A stretch of 32,000 nt of DNA from Mycobacterium tuberculosis H37Rv (GTDB taxonomy: Bacteria > Actinomycetota > Actinomycetes > Mycobacteriales > Mycobacteriaceae): NCBI RefSeq assembly GCF_000195955.2, contig NC_000962.3, positions 90,001 to 122,000 on the forward strand. Reading direction: 5' to 3'. The position numbers and the translations under genes are program-made. The notes under the pieces were generated by a model. That model saw nothing but the letters and a program-made list of their open reading frames with translations. It was not told the origin of the DNA and made no database searches. This document shows positions 1 to 9,250 of the stretch, one piece after another; position 1 is the stretch's first letter, and every line of letters starts with the position of its first letter.

Positions 1-1
1 A

Positions 2-403
2 CCACCCGCCGGGGTACGGGGTTCGCTGCAGATCCGACATGTTGACGCGGGTTCGTGCAACGGGTGTGAGGTGGAGATTTCGGGCGCCTTTGGCCCGGTG
101 TATGACGCGGAGCGGTTCGGGGCGCGGCTGGTCGCCTCGCCCCGACACGCCGATGCGTTGTTGGTGACCGGCGTGGTCACGCACAACATGGCCGGCCCAC
201 TGCGCAAGACCCTGGAGGCCACGCCGCGCCCGCGGGTGGTAATCGCGTGCGGGGATTGCGCGCTGAACCGGGGGGTGTTCGCCGACGCCTACGGCGTGGT
301 CGGTGCGGTCGGCGAGGTGGTACCCGTCGACGTCGAGATCGCCGGCTGCCCGCCGACACCCGCGGCCATCATGGCGGCGCTGCGATCGGTGACCGGGAAA
401 TGA
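2..403 (+). CDS. NADH-quinone oxidoreductase subunit B-like / hydrogenase small subunit (Rv0082-like), 5' end outside the window
   Basis: The frame is open from base 2 (PPAGVRGSLQIRHVDAGSCNGCEVEISG...), upstream of the track ORF at 71. It has CNGCE, ACGDCA and GCPPTP motifs typical of NuoB/HycG [4Fe-4S] subunits. Stop at 401-403 overlaps the next ATG. Confidence 0.9.
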   Translation, partial: PPAGVRGSLQIRHVDAGSCNGCEVEISGAFGPVYDAERFGARLVASPRHADALLVTGVVTHNMAGPLRKTLEATPRPRVVIACGDCALNRGVFADAYGVVGAVGEVVPVDVEIAGCPPTPAAIMAALRSVTGK

Positions 404-2322
404 CCGCTGCACCGACGGCCGGCGGGGTCGTCACTTCGGGCGTGGGCGTTGCCGGGGTCGGCGTGGGGTTGCTGGGCATGTTTGGACCGGTGCGTGTAGT
501 GCACGTCGGTTGGCTGCTTCCGCTGTCCGGCGTGCACATCGAGCTCGACCGGTTGGGCGGATTCTTCATGGCGCTCACGGGCGCGGTAGCGGCTCCGGTC
601 GGTTGTTACCTGATCGGCTACGTGCGCCGTGAACACCTCGGTCGGGTCCCGATGGCGGTGGTGCCGCTGTTCGTCGCGGCGATGCTGTTGGTGCCGGCCG
701 CGGGCTCGGTGACGACGTTTCTGCTGGCGTGGGAGCTGATGGCGATCGCGTCGCTGATCCTGGTGCTCTCCGAGCACGCCCGCCCGCAGGTCCGCTCGGC
801 GGGCCTGTGGTACGCCGTGATGACTCAGCTGGGATTCATCGCAATCCTGGTCGGGCTGGTGGTGTTGGCGGCGGCCGGGGGTTCCGACCGGTTCGCCGGC
901 CTCGGGGCAGTCTGCGACGGGGTCCGCGCCGCCGTATTTATGCTCACGCTGGTCGGGTTTGGTTCGAAGGCGGGCCTGGTGCCACTGCACGCCTGGCTGC
1001 CGCGGGCCCACCCGGAGGCGCCGAGCCCGGTGTCGGCGTTGATGAGCGCGGCGATGGTCAACCTGGGCATCTACGGCATCGTCCGTTTCGATCTGCAGCT
1101 GCTGGGGCCGGGCCCACGCTGGTGGGGGCTTGCGCTGCTGGCCGTGGGCGGCACGTCCGCGCTGTATGGGGTGCTGCAGGCTTCGGTGGCCGCCGATCTC
1201 AAACGGCTGCTGGCCTATTCGACGACCGAGAACATGGGCCTGATCACGCTGGCGCTCGGTGCGGCAACACTTTTCGCGGATACCGGAGCCTACGGGCCGG
1301 CGTCGATCGCCGCCGCCGCAGCGATGCTGCACATGATTGCGCACGCGGCGTTTAAGAGCCTCGCCTTCATGGCGGCCGGATCTGTGCTGGCCGCGACCGG
1401 GCTGCGCGACCTGGACCTGCTCGGCGGGCTGGCCCGCCGAATGCCGGCGACCACCGTCTTTTTCGGGGTGGCCGCACTGGGCGCATGTGGTCTGCCGTTG
1501 GGCGCCGGGTTTGTCAGTGAGTGGCTGCTGGTCCAGTCGTTGATCCACGCTGCCCCCGGACACGACCCCATCGTGGCGCTGACGACACCGCTGGCGGTCG
1601 GCGTGGTCGCACTGGCCACCGGTCTGAGCGTGGCGGCGATGACCAAGGCCTTCGGGATCGGGTTTCTCGCCCGTCCCCGCTCCACCCAAGCCGAAGCGGC
1701 GCGTGAGGCGCCGGCCAGCATGCGCGCCGGCATGGCGATCGCGGCGGGCGCCTGCCTGGTGCTGGCGGTGGCACCGCTGCTGGTCGCACCCATGGTGCGG
1801 CGGGCCGCCGCGACGCTGCCGGCCGCTCAGGCGGTCAAGTTCACCGGTCTGGGCGCCGTGGTGCGGCTGCCCGCGATGTCCGGGTCGATCGCGCCCGGCG
1901 TGATCGCCGCCGCTGTGCTCGCCGCGGCGTTGGCGGTAGCCGTCCTCGCGCGGTGGCGTTTCCGCCGGCGCCCGGCGCCGGCCAGGTTGCCGCTGTGGGC
2001 TTGCGGCGCGGCCGATCTCACCGTGCGCATGCAATACACGGCCACGTCGTTCGCCGAGCCGCTGCAGCGGGTCTTCGGCGACGTGCTGCGCCCGGACACC
2101 GACATCGAGGTCACCCACACCGCCGAGTCGCGCTATATGGCCGAGCGGATCACCTACCGGACCGCGGTCGCCGACGCGATCGAACAGCGCCTCTATACTC
2201 CGGTGGTCGGGGCGGTGGCCGCCATGGCCGAGCTGCTGCGCCGTGCCCACACCGGCAGCGTGCACCGCTACCTGGCCTACGGCGCGCTGGGCGTACTGAT
2301 CGTGCTGGTGGTCGCGAGGTGA
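400..2322 (+). CDS. Proton-translocating antiporter-like subunit (NuoL/HyfB/HycC family; Rv0083-like), 640 aa
   Basis: ATG at 400 overlaps the previous stop (ATGA). Multi-TM protein with LLAWELMAIAS and FGSKAGLVPLHAWLPRAHPEAPSPVSALMSA motifs of Proton_antipo_M. Confidence 0.93.
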   Translation: MTAAPTAGGVVTSGVGVAGVGVGLLGMFGPVRVVHVGWLLPLSGVHIELDRLGGFFMALTGAVAAPVGCYLIGYVRREHLGRVPMAVVPLFVAAMLLVPAAGSVTTFLLAWELMAIASLILVLSEHARPQVRSAGLWYAVMTQLGFIAILVGLVVLAAAGGSDRFAGLGAVCDGVRAAVFMLTLVGFGSKAGLVPLHAWLPRAHPEAPSPVSALMSAAMVNLGIYGIVRFDLQLLGPGPRWWGLALLAVGGTSALYGVLQASVAADLKRLLAYSTTENMGLITLALGAATLFADTGAYGPASIAAAAAMLHMIAHAAFKSLAFMAAGSVLAATGLRDLDLLGGLARRMPATTVFFGVAALGACGLPLGAGFVSEWLLVQSLIHAAPGHDPIVALTTPLAVGVVALATGLSVAAMTKAFGIGFLARPRSTQAEAAREAPASMRAGMAIAAGACLVLAVAPLLVAPMVRRAAATLPAAQAVKFTGLGAVVRLPAMSGSIAPGVIAAAVLAAALAVAVLARWRFRRRPAPARLPLWACGAADLTVRMQYTATSFAEPLQRVFGDVLRPDTDIEVTHTAESRYMAERITYRTAVADAIEQRLYTPVVGAVAAMAELLRRAHTGSVHRYLAYGALGVLIVLVVAR

Positions 2323-2327
2323 ACGTG

Positions 2328-3278
2328 ATGTCCTACCTAGCGGGCGCCGCGCAAATCGGCGGGGTCATGGTGGGTGCGCCGCTGGTCATCGGTATGACGC
2401 GGCAGGTACGGGCACGCTGGGAAGGCCGGGCCGGCGCCGGCCTGCTGCAACCGTGGCGTGATCTGCTCAAACAGCTTGGCAAGCAACAGATCACACCGGC
2501 GGGGACGACGATCGTGTTCGCCGCCGCGCCGGTGATCGTCGCCGGGACAACGCTTTTGATCGCCGCGATCGCACCTCTGGTGGCCACCGGGTCACCCCTG
2601 GACCCCAGCGCCGACTTGTTTGCCGTGGTCGGGCTGCTATTCCTGGGCACCGTCGCACTGACCCTGGCCGGCATCGACACCGGCACCTCTTTCGGCGGCA
2701 TGGGCGCCAGCCGCGAGATCACCATCGCCGCACTGGTCGAACCAACGATCCTGCTGGCGGTGTTCGCGCTGTCCATCCCCGCCGGATCGGCCAATCTCGG
2801 TGCGCTGGTGGCGAGTACGATCGACCACCCGGGCCACGTGGTGTCGCTGGCCGGCGTACTGGCCTTCGTGGCGTTGGTGATTGTCATCGTCGCCGAGACC
2901 GGGCGGCTGCCGGTGGACAACCCGGCCACCCACCTGGAATTGACGATGGTGCACGAGGCCATGGTCCTCGAGTACGCCGGCCCACGGCTGGCGCTGGTCG
3001 AATGGGCGGCCGGGATGCGGCTCACGGTGCTGCTGGCACTGCTGGCGAATCTGTTCCTGCCGTGGGGGATCGCCGGCGCCGCGCCCACCGCGCTCGACGT
3101 GTTGACCGGCGTGGTGGCGGTGGCGGCCAAGGTCGCGATTCTCGCGGTGCTGCTGGCGACGTTCGAGGTGTTCCTCGCCAAACTGCGATTGTTCCGGGTA
3201 CCCGAACTGCTGGCCGGCTCGTTTCTGCTGGCCTTGCTCGCGGTCACCGCCGCCAACTTCTTCACGGTGGGGGCGTGA
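2328..3278 (+). CDS. hycD: NuoH/HycD-like membrane subunit, 316 aa
   Basis: NADHdh family motifs ([23 protein letters not shown]; [25 protein letters not shown]). ATG at 2328, with an in-frame GTG at 2319 overlapping the upstream stop. Confidence 0.92.
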
Positions 3279-3288
3279 GGGGCCAGCG

Positions 3289-3951
3289 ATGAGTAACGCC
3301 AACTTCTCGATCCTGGTCGACTTCGCCGCGGGTGGGCTGGTGTTGGCGTCGGTGCTGATTGTCTGGCGCCGCGACCTGCGGGCCATTGTGCGGCTGCTGG
3401 CCTGGCAGGGTGCTGCGCTGGCCGCGATCCCGCTACTGCGCGGCATCCGCGACAACGACCGTGCGCTGATCGCGGTGGGCATCGCCGTGTTGGCGCTGCG
3501 CGCGCTGGTGTTGCCCTGGCTGCTGGCCCGCGCGGTGGGCGCCGAAGCGGCCGCGCAGCGGGAGGCCACCCCGTTGGTCAACACCGCCAGCTCGCTGCTG
3601 ATTACCGCCGGACTGACCCTCACCGCGTTCGCGATCACCCAGCCGGTGGTCAACCTGGAACCGGGCGTCACCATCAACGCGGTGCCGGCCGCGTTCGCGG
3701 TGGTGCTGATCGCGCTGTTCGTGATGACCACGCGGCTGCACGCGGTCTCGCAGGCCGCCGGATTCCTGATGCTAGACAACGGGATCGCGGCGACCGCATT
3801 CCTGCTCACCGCCGGGGTGCCGCTGATCGTCGAACTTGGTGCCTCGCTGGACGTGCTGTTCGCGGTCATCGTGATCGGCGTGTTGACCGGCCGGCTGCGC
3901 CGCATTTTCGGCGATGCCGACCTGGACAAGCTGCGGGAGTTGCGGGATTGA
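3289..3951 (+). CDS. hycP: HyfE/HycP-like (NuoK-related) membrane subunit, 220 aa
   Basis: 220-aa multi-TM ORF in operon position with ESLVN-like '[21 protein letters not shown]' and '[17 protein letters not shown]'. Confidence 0.88.
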
Positions 3952-5417
3952 TGACCGGTTTGCTGCTTGCCGCGATCCTCGCACCGCTCGCCGCGTCAAT
4001 CGCCTCCTTGATCACCGGGTGGCGACGCACGACGGCGACGCTCACCGCGCTGTCCGCCACGACGGTGCTGGCCTGCGCTGTGGCGATGGGGTTTTGGATG
4101 GGGTCGGGGGCGCAGTTCGGGCTGGGCGGTCTGCTGCGCGCCGATGCGCTGACGGTGGTCATGCTCGTCGTCATCGGGATCGTCGGCACACTGGCCACCG
4201 CGGCGAGCATCGGCTACATCGACACCGAGCTGGCACACGGGCATATCGACGGACGTAGCGCTCGGCTGTATGGGGTGCTGACCCCGGCGTTTCTTTGCGC
4301 GATGGTTCTGGCGGTGTGCGCCAACAACATCGGCGTCATTTGGGTAGCGATCGAGGCCACCACGGTGATCACCGCGTTTCTGGTGGGGCATCGCCGCACC
4401 CGCACCGCGCTGGAAGCGACCTGGAAATACGTGGTGATCTGTTCGGTCGGGATCGCCGTCGCCTTCTTGGGTACCGTGCTGCTGTATTTCGCCGCGCGGG
4501 ATTCCGGTGCCGCTGCTGCCGGCGCGCTGAACCTCGATATCCTGGCCGAACACGCCGCCGGCCTAGACCCCGGGGTCGCTCGACTGGCCGGCGGGTTGCT
4601 GCTCATCGGTTATGGCGCCAAGGCGGGCCTCTTCCCGTTTCACACCTGGCTGGCGGACGCGCACAGCCAAGCCCCCGCACCGGTGTCCGCACTGATGAGC
4701 GGCGTGCTGCTGGCGGTGGCGTTCTCGGTGCTGATCCGATTGCGGCCGATCCTCGACGCGGTCAGCGGGCCCGCCTACCTGCGCAACGGGCTGCTCGTGG
4801 TCGGGTTGGCGACGCTGCTGGTGGCGGTGCTGATGCTGACCGTGACCGGCGACGTCAAGCGGATGCTGGCCTACTCGTCGATGGAGCACATGGGCCTGAT
4901 CGCGATCGCCGCGGCCGCCGGCACGACATTGGCGATCGCCGCGCTGCTGCTGCACGTGCTCGCCCACGGGATCGGCAAGACCGTGCTGTTTCTGGCGGGC
5001 GGTCAGCTGCAGGCCGCACACGACTCCACCGCCATCGCCGATATCACCGGCGTGATGCGACGGTCGCGGCTGATCGGCGTGTCGTTTGCCGTCGGCCTGA
5101 TCGTCCTGCTTGGCTTGCCGCCGTTCGCGATGTTCGCCAGCGAGCTGGCGATCGCGCGCTCATTGGCCAACGAGCGGCTGGCCTGGGTGCTGGGTGCGGC
5201 GCTGCTGCTGATCGCCATCGGTTTCACGGCTCTGGCACGCAATTCCGGACGCATGCTGCTCGGCACCCCGGCGGCGGGCGCGCCGGCGATCACCGTGCCG
5301 GCCACCGCGGCGGCGGCGTTGATGGTGGGCATCGTCGTCTCGGCGGCCCTCGGCATCACCGCGGGCCCACTCGCCGACCTGCTTGGCATCGCCGCCAGCA
5401 ACGTGGGTCTACCGTGA
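3951..5417 (+). CDS. hycQ: Antiporter-like subunit (NuoN/HyfF/HycQ family), 488 aa
   Basis: ATG at 3951 overlaps the stop of the preceding gene (TGATG). Motifs WVAIEATTVITAFLVG and GAKAGLFPFHTWLADAHSQAPAPVSALMSG. Confidence 0.92.
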   Translation: MTGLLLAAILAPLAASIASLITGWRRTTATLTALSATTVLACAVAMGFWMGSGAQFGLGGLLRADALTVVMLVVIGIVGTLATAASIGYIDTELAHGHIDGRSARLYGVLTPAFLCAMVLAVCANNIGVIWVAIEATTVITAFLVGHRRTRTALEATWKYVVICSVGIAVAFLGTVLLYFAARDSGAAAAGALNLDILAEHAAGLDPGVARLAGGLLLIGYGAKAGLFPFHTWLADAHSQAPAPVSALMSGVLLAVAFSVLIRLRPILDAVSGPAYLRNGLLVVGLATLLVAVLMLTVTGDVKRMLAYSSMEHMGLIAIAAAAGTTLAIAALLLHVLAHGIGKTVLFLAGGQLQAAHDSTAIADITGVMRRSRLIGVSFAVGLIVLLGLPPFAMFASELAIARSLANERLAWVLGAALLLIAIGFTALARNSGRMLLGTPAAGAPAITVPATAAAALMVGIVVSAALGITAGPLADLLGIAASNVGLP

Positions 5418-6892
5418 TGAGTGCCAGCTGGCTGCGCCACCGGGTATCCGAGCGTGGACTGATAGCGACGGCCGAACAACTCTGGGCCGATTCGTTTCGC
5501 CTGGCCCTGGTCGCTGCCCACGACGACGGCGACAGTCTGCGTGTCGTGTACCTTTTCTTGGCGGGCTATCCAGATCGCCGCGTCGAGTTGGAATACGTTG
5601 TGCCGGCGGATAATCCAGAGATCAGATCGTTGGCGTACCTGTCCTTTCCGGCTGGCCGGTTCGAGCGCGAAATGGCGGACCTGTACGGAATTCGCCCGGT
5701 CGGCCATCCCAAACCCCGCCGACTGGTACGGCACGCGCATTGGCCCGACTGGCATCCCATGCGCACCGACGCCGGGCCCGCGCCCGAATTCACTGATACG
5801 GGGGCCTTCCCGTTCCTCGCCGTCGAAGGACCCGGCGTGTACGAGATTCCGGTCGGGCCGGTGCACGCCGGCCTCATCGAACCCGGTCACTTCCGGTTTT
5901 CTGTCGCGGGCGAGACGATCGTGCGGCTGAAGGCGCGGCTGTGGTTTGTGCACCGTGGCATCGAGAAACTCTTCCACGGCCGCCCCGCCACGGCCGCGGT
6001 CGATCTCGCCGAACGCATCAGCGGCGACACGTCGGCAGCGCACGCGCTCGCGCACAGCCTGGCGATCGAAGACGCTCTCGGCATCGAGCTGCCCCACGAG
6101 GTCCACCGGCTGCGGGCCCTGATCGTCGAACTCGAACGGCTCTACAACCACGCCGCCGACCTGGGTGCCTTGGCCAACGACGTCGGCTACTCGCTGGCCA
6201 ACGCTCACGCCCAACGCATCCGCGAAAATCTGTTGCGGCGCAATGCCGCAGTCACCGGTCACCGGCTACTGCGCGGCGCCATCCGCGCGGGCGGGGTTGC
6301 GCTGCGTGCGCTGCCCGATACCGACGAGCTTGCAGCGCTCGCCGTCGATCTCGCCGAGGTCGCCACCCTGACGCTGGCCAACTCGGTGGTCTACGACCGC
6401 TTCGCCGGCACCGCCGTGCTGCACCCCGACGACGCCAGCGCCCTGGGCTGCCTGGGCTATGTTGCCCGCGCCAGCGGACTGCGCAGCGACGCCCGGGTCG
6501 AACACCCCACCATAGTGCTGCCCATCACCGAGATCGGCGCGCCTGACGGCGACGTCTTGGCTCGCTACACCGTGCGGCGCGACGAATTCGCCGCGTCTGC
6601 CGCTCTTGCTCAACACATTGTCGAATCACACACCGGTCCAATAGAATACGCCGCTACACTGCACCCGGTGGGCGCGCCCAGCAGCGGTATCGGCATCGTC
6701 GAAGGCTGGCGCGGCACTATCGTGCACCGCGTCGAAATTGACGTCGATGGCCGCATCACCCGGGCGAAAGTCGTCGATCCGTCCTGGTTCAACTGGCCCG
6801 CACTGCCGGTGGCGATGGCCGACACCATCGTCCCCGACTTCCCGTTGGCCAACAAAAGCTTCAACCAGTCCTACGCGGGCAACGACCTCTAA
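5414..6892 (+). CDS. hycE: HycE-like / NuoC-NuoD fusion large subunit, 492 aa (GTG 5414; ATG at 5417 also possible)
   Basis: N-terminal 30-kDa (NuoC-like) region '[28 protein letters not shown]', then a 49-kDa/NiFe large-subunit-like region '[19 protein letters not shown]...[14 protein letters not shown]'. The start overlaps the hycQ stop at 5415-5417. Confidence 0.9.
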   Translation: MMSASWLRHRVSERGLIATAEQLWADSFRLALVAAHDDGDSLRVVYLFLAGYPDRRVELEYVVPADNPEIRSLAYLSFPAGRFEREMADLYGIRPVGHPKPRRLVRHAHWPDWHPMRTDAGPAPEFTDTGAFPFLAVEGPGVYEIPVGPVHAGLIEPGHFRFSVAGETIVRLKARLWFVHRGIEKLFHGRPATAAVDLAERISGDTSAAHALAHSLAIEDALGIELPHEVHRLRALIVELERLYNHAADLGALANDVGYSLANAHAQRIRENLLRRNAAVTGHRLLRGAIRAGGVALRALPDTDELAALAVDLAEVATLTLANSVVYDRFAGTAVLHPDDASALGCLGYVARASGLRSDARVEHPTIVLPITEIGAPDGDVLARYTVRRDEFAASAALAQHIVESHTGPIEYAATLHPVGAPSSGIGIVEGWRGTIVHRVEIDVDGRITRAKVVDPSWFNWPALPVAMADTIVPDFPLANKSFNQSYAGNDL

Positions 6893-6923
6893 CCGTGAGC
6901 GCGCCCAGTTGTACGGCCCTAGC

Positions 6924-6983
6924 GGCGTGTCGGTGTACAAACACGCACCCTCGCGGGTTCGGTTGCGCCAAACTAGAAGTACC
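6924..6983. repeat. Copy A of a ~60-nt duplicated element containing an imperfect palindrome (6925-6946)
   Basis: GGCGTGTCGGTGTACAAACACGCACCCTCGCGGGTTCGGTTGCGCCAA matches copy B at 42 of 48 positions without gaps, counted by eye. Confidence 0.8.
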
Positions 6984-7118
6984 GTGGTCAAGGGACGTTC
7001 GGGGAGCCTGTCGTGGCGTCGAGTGCGCACCGGTGACCTCGGTCTGGCTGTTTGGGGTGGACGCGAGGAGTACCGGGCGGTCAAACCGGGCACACCAGGG
7101 ATACAACCGAAGGGAGAC

Positions 7119-7601
7119 ATGATGACTGTGACCGTTGTCGATGCTGGACCCGGCCGGGTGAGCCGTTCGGTGGAGGTGGCCGCGCCGGCGGCCGAGTTGT
7201 TCGCCATCGTTGCTGATCCCCGGCGCCACCGCGAACTGGACGGATCGGGCACGGTTCGCGGCAACATCAAGGTACCGGCGAAATTAGTTGTCGGGTCGAA
7301 GTTTTCGACGAAGATGAAGTTGTTCGGCCTACCGTATCGCATCACCAGCAGGGTGACCGCGCTCAAACCGAACGAATTGGTCGAGTGGAGCCACCCGTTA
7401 GGCCATCGGTGGAGATGGGAATTCGAATCGCTGTCACCGACACTGACCCGCGTCACCGAGACATTCGACTACCACGCCGCCGGTGCGATCAAGAACGGCC
7501 TGAAGTTCTACGAGATGACGGGTTTCGCGAAGTCCAATGCGGCGGGAATCGAGGCCACGTTGGCCAAGCTGAGCGATCAGTACGCCCGCGGTAGGGCATG
7601 A
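7119..7601 (+). CDS. SRPBCC / polyketide cyclase-like protein (Rv0088-like), about 160 aa from ATG 7119; an upstream in-frame GTG at 6927 would give 224 aa
   Basis: [54 protein letters not shown]... has the typical SRPBCC N-terminus. Purine-rich AAGGGAG lies just upstream of ATG 7119. Confidence 0.8.
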
Positions 7602-7610
7602 CGCCATGGG

Positions 7611-7671
7611 GGCGTGTCGGTGTACCGACACGCTCGCTCACGGGTTCGGTTGCACCAAGAAAAGATGTACC
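7611..7671. repeat. Copy B of the duplicated element, with a perfect palindrome at 7612-7633
   Basis: GCGTGTCGGT-GT-ACCGACACGC is a perfect 10-bp inverted repeat, followed by CGGGTTCGGTTGCACCAA as in copy A. Confidence 0.8.
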
Positions 7672-7757
7672 AGATCACCTGCCTGAATAGGATTTTTGGC
7701 CCGACGTAGCTTCGGGCTAGCGCGAGCGACGACTCCGCCGTCGAGCAGGATGTCACC

Positions 7758-8351
7758 GTGGATCAACCGTGGAACGCCAACATCCACTACGACGCTCTGC
7801 TGGATGCCATGGTGCCGCTCGGTACCCAGTGCGTGCTCGACGTCGGGTGCGGCGACGGGTTGCTGGCTGCCCGGCTGGCTCGGCGCATACCCTACGTCAC
7901 GGCAGTGGACATCGATGCGCCCGTCCTGCGACGTGCGCAGACACGGTTCGCCAACGCGCCGATCCGCTGGCTGCATGCCGACATCATGACGGCTGAGCTG
8001 CCCAACGCGGGCTTCGACGCCGTGGTCTCCAATGCCGCCCTGCACCACATCGAGGACACTCGGACGGCGCTGAGCCGGCTCGGCGGGCTGGTAACTCCCG
8101 GTGGGACGCTGGCCGTGGTCACCTTCGTGACGCCCTCGCTGCGAAACGGCTTATGGCACTTGACAAGCTGGGTTGCCTGCGGCATGGCCAATCGCGTCAA
8201 GGGCAAGTGGGAACATTCCGCTCCGATCAAGTGGCCGCCCCCGCAGACGTTGCATGAGCTACGCAGCCACGTTCGCGCCCTGCTGCCCGGGGCGTGTATC
8301 CGTCGGCTGCTGTACGGCCGGGTGCTCGTTACGTGGCGCGCACCCGTCTAA
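7758..8351 (+). CDS. SAM-dependent methyltransferase (class I; BioC/UbiE-like), 197 aa
   Basis: GTG start; VLDVGCGDGLLAARLARR motif I and NAALHHIEDTRTALSRLGGLVTPGGTL. Confidence 0.92.
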   Translation: MDQPWNANIHYDALLDAMVPLGTQCVLDVGCGDGLLAARLARRIPYVTAVDIDAPVLRRAQTRFANAPIRWLHADIMTAELPNAGFDAVVSNAALHHIEDTRTALSRLGGLVTPGGTLAVVTFVTPSLRNGLWHLTSWVACGMANRVKGKWEHSAPIKWPPPQTLHELRSHVRALLPGACIRRLLYGRVLVTWRAPV

Positions 8352-8479
8352 TCGGGAGAACCCAATGGCGGCGGCCGATATGACCAAGTGCGCGTTAGCT
8401 TGCGAGATTGGCTGCCCGCATCCAATGATCGGCGGATACGGGTCGCAAACCACCTCAGACCGGCAGCTAAGGAGCGCAA

Positions 8480-9250
8480 GTGGCCAAGAACCAAAACCGC
8501 ATCCGCAACCGGTGGGAGTTGATCACCTGTGGTCTCGGGGGACACGTCACCTACGCGCCGGACGACGCGGCACTTGCTGCGCGGCTGCGCGCCAGCACCG
8601 GGCTGGGCGAAGTATGGCGCTGCTTGCGCTGCGGCGATTTCGCGCTCGGTGGGCCGCAGGGGCGTGGTGCTCCCGAGGATGCGCCGTTGATTATGCGCGG
8701 CAAGGCGTTACGTCAGGCCATCATCATTCGCGCGCTCGGGGTCGAACGGCTAGTCCGGGCGTTGGTGTTGGCGCTGGCCGCGTGGGCGGTGTGGGAGTTT
8801 CGCGGTGCGCGGGGAGCTATCCAGGCGACCCTGGATAGGGACTTGCCGGTCCTGCGTGCGGCCGGATTCAAGGTCGATCAAATGACGGTGATCCACGCTC
8901 TGGAGAAAGCGTTGGCCGCCAAACCGTCGACGTTGGCCCTGATCACGGGCATGCTGGCGGCATACGCAGTGCTGCAGGCCGTCGAGGGGGTCGGTTTGTG
9001 GCTGCTGAAGCGCTGGGGCGAGTACTTCGCGGTGGTGGCCACCTCAATTTTCCTGCCGTTGGAGGTTCACGACCTGGCCAAGGGCATCACGACGACTCGG
9101 GTCGTGACCTTCAGCATCAATGTCGCCGCCGTTGTCTACCTGCTGATTTCTAAGCGGTTGTTCGGTGTGCGCGGCGGGCGCAAGGCTTATGACGTCGAAC
9201 GGCGCGGCGAGCAGCTGCTCGACCTCGAGCGCGCCGCGATGCTCACCTGA
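8480..9250 (+). CDS. Membrane protein, DUF2127-like, with an N-terminal Cys/His zinc-ribbon-like segment, 256 aa
   Basis: MAKNQNRIRNRWELITCGLGGHVTY...WRCLRCGDF, followed by several hydrophobic segments (SIFLPLEVHDLAKGITTTRVVTFSINVAAVVYLLISKRLF). Confidence 0.85.
   Translation: MAKNQNRIRNRWELITCGLGGHVTYAPDDAALAARLRASTGLGEVWRCLRCGDFALGGPQGRGAPEDAPLIMRGKALRQAIIIRALGVERLVRALVLALAAWAVWEFRGARGAIQATLDRDLPVLRAAGFKVDQMTVIHALEKALAAKPSTLALITGMLAAYAVLQAVEGVGLWLLKRWGEYFAVVATSIFLPLEVHDLAKGITTTRVVTFSINVAAVVYLLISKRLFGVRGGRKAYDVERRGEQLLDLERAAMLT

Noticed and set aside
289-2265. Long minus-strand ORF (658 aa) antisense to the antiporter gene
   Set aside because: It is a GC-rich mirror ORF. Its translation is low-complexity, rich in H/R/Q/G, and has no domain, whereas the plus strand encodes a clear NuoL-family protein.
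2637-3929. Minus-strand ORF of 430 aa over hycD/hycP
   Set aside because: Antisense shadow ORF with Ser/Arg/Thr-rich composition and no recognisable motifs, opposite two convincing membrane subunits.
4295-6892. 865-aa plus-strand ORF beginning inside hycQ
   Set aside because: Only the part from ~5414 is HycE-like. The first ~375 codons are an Arg/Gly-rich off-frame read of hycQ.
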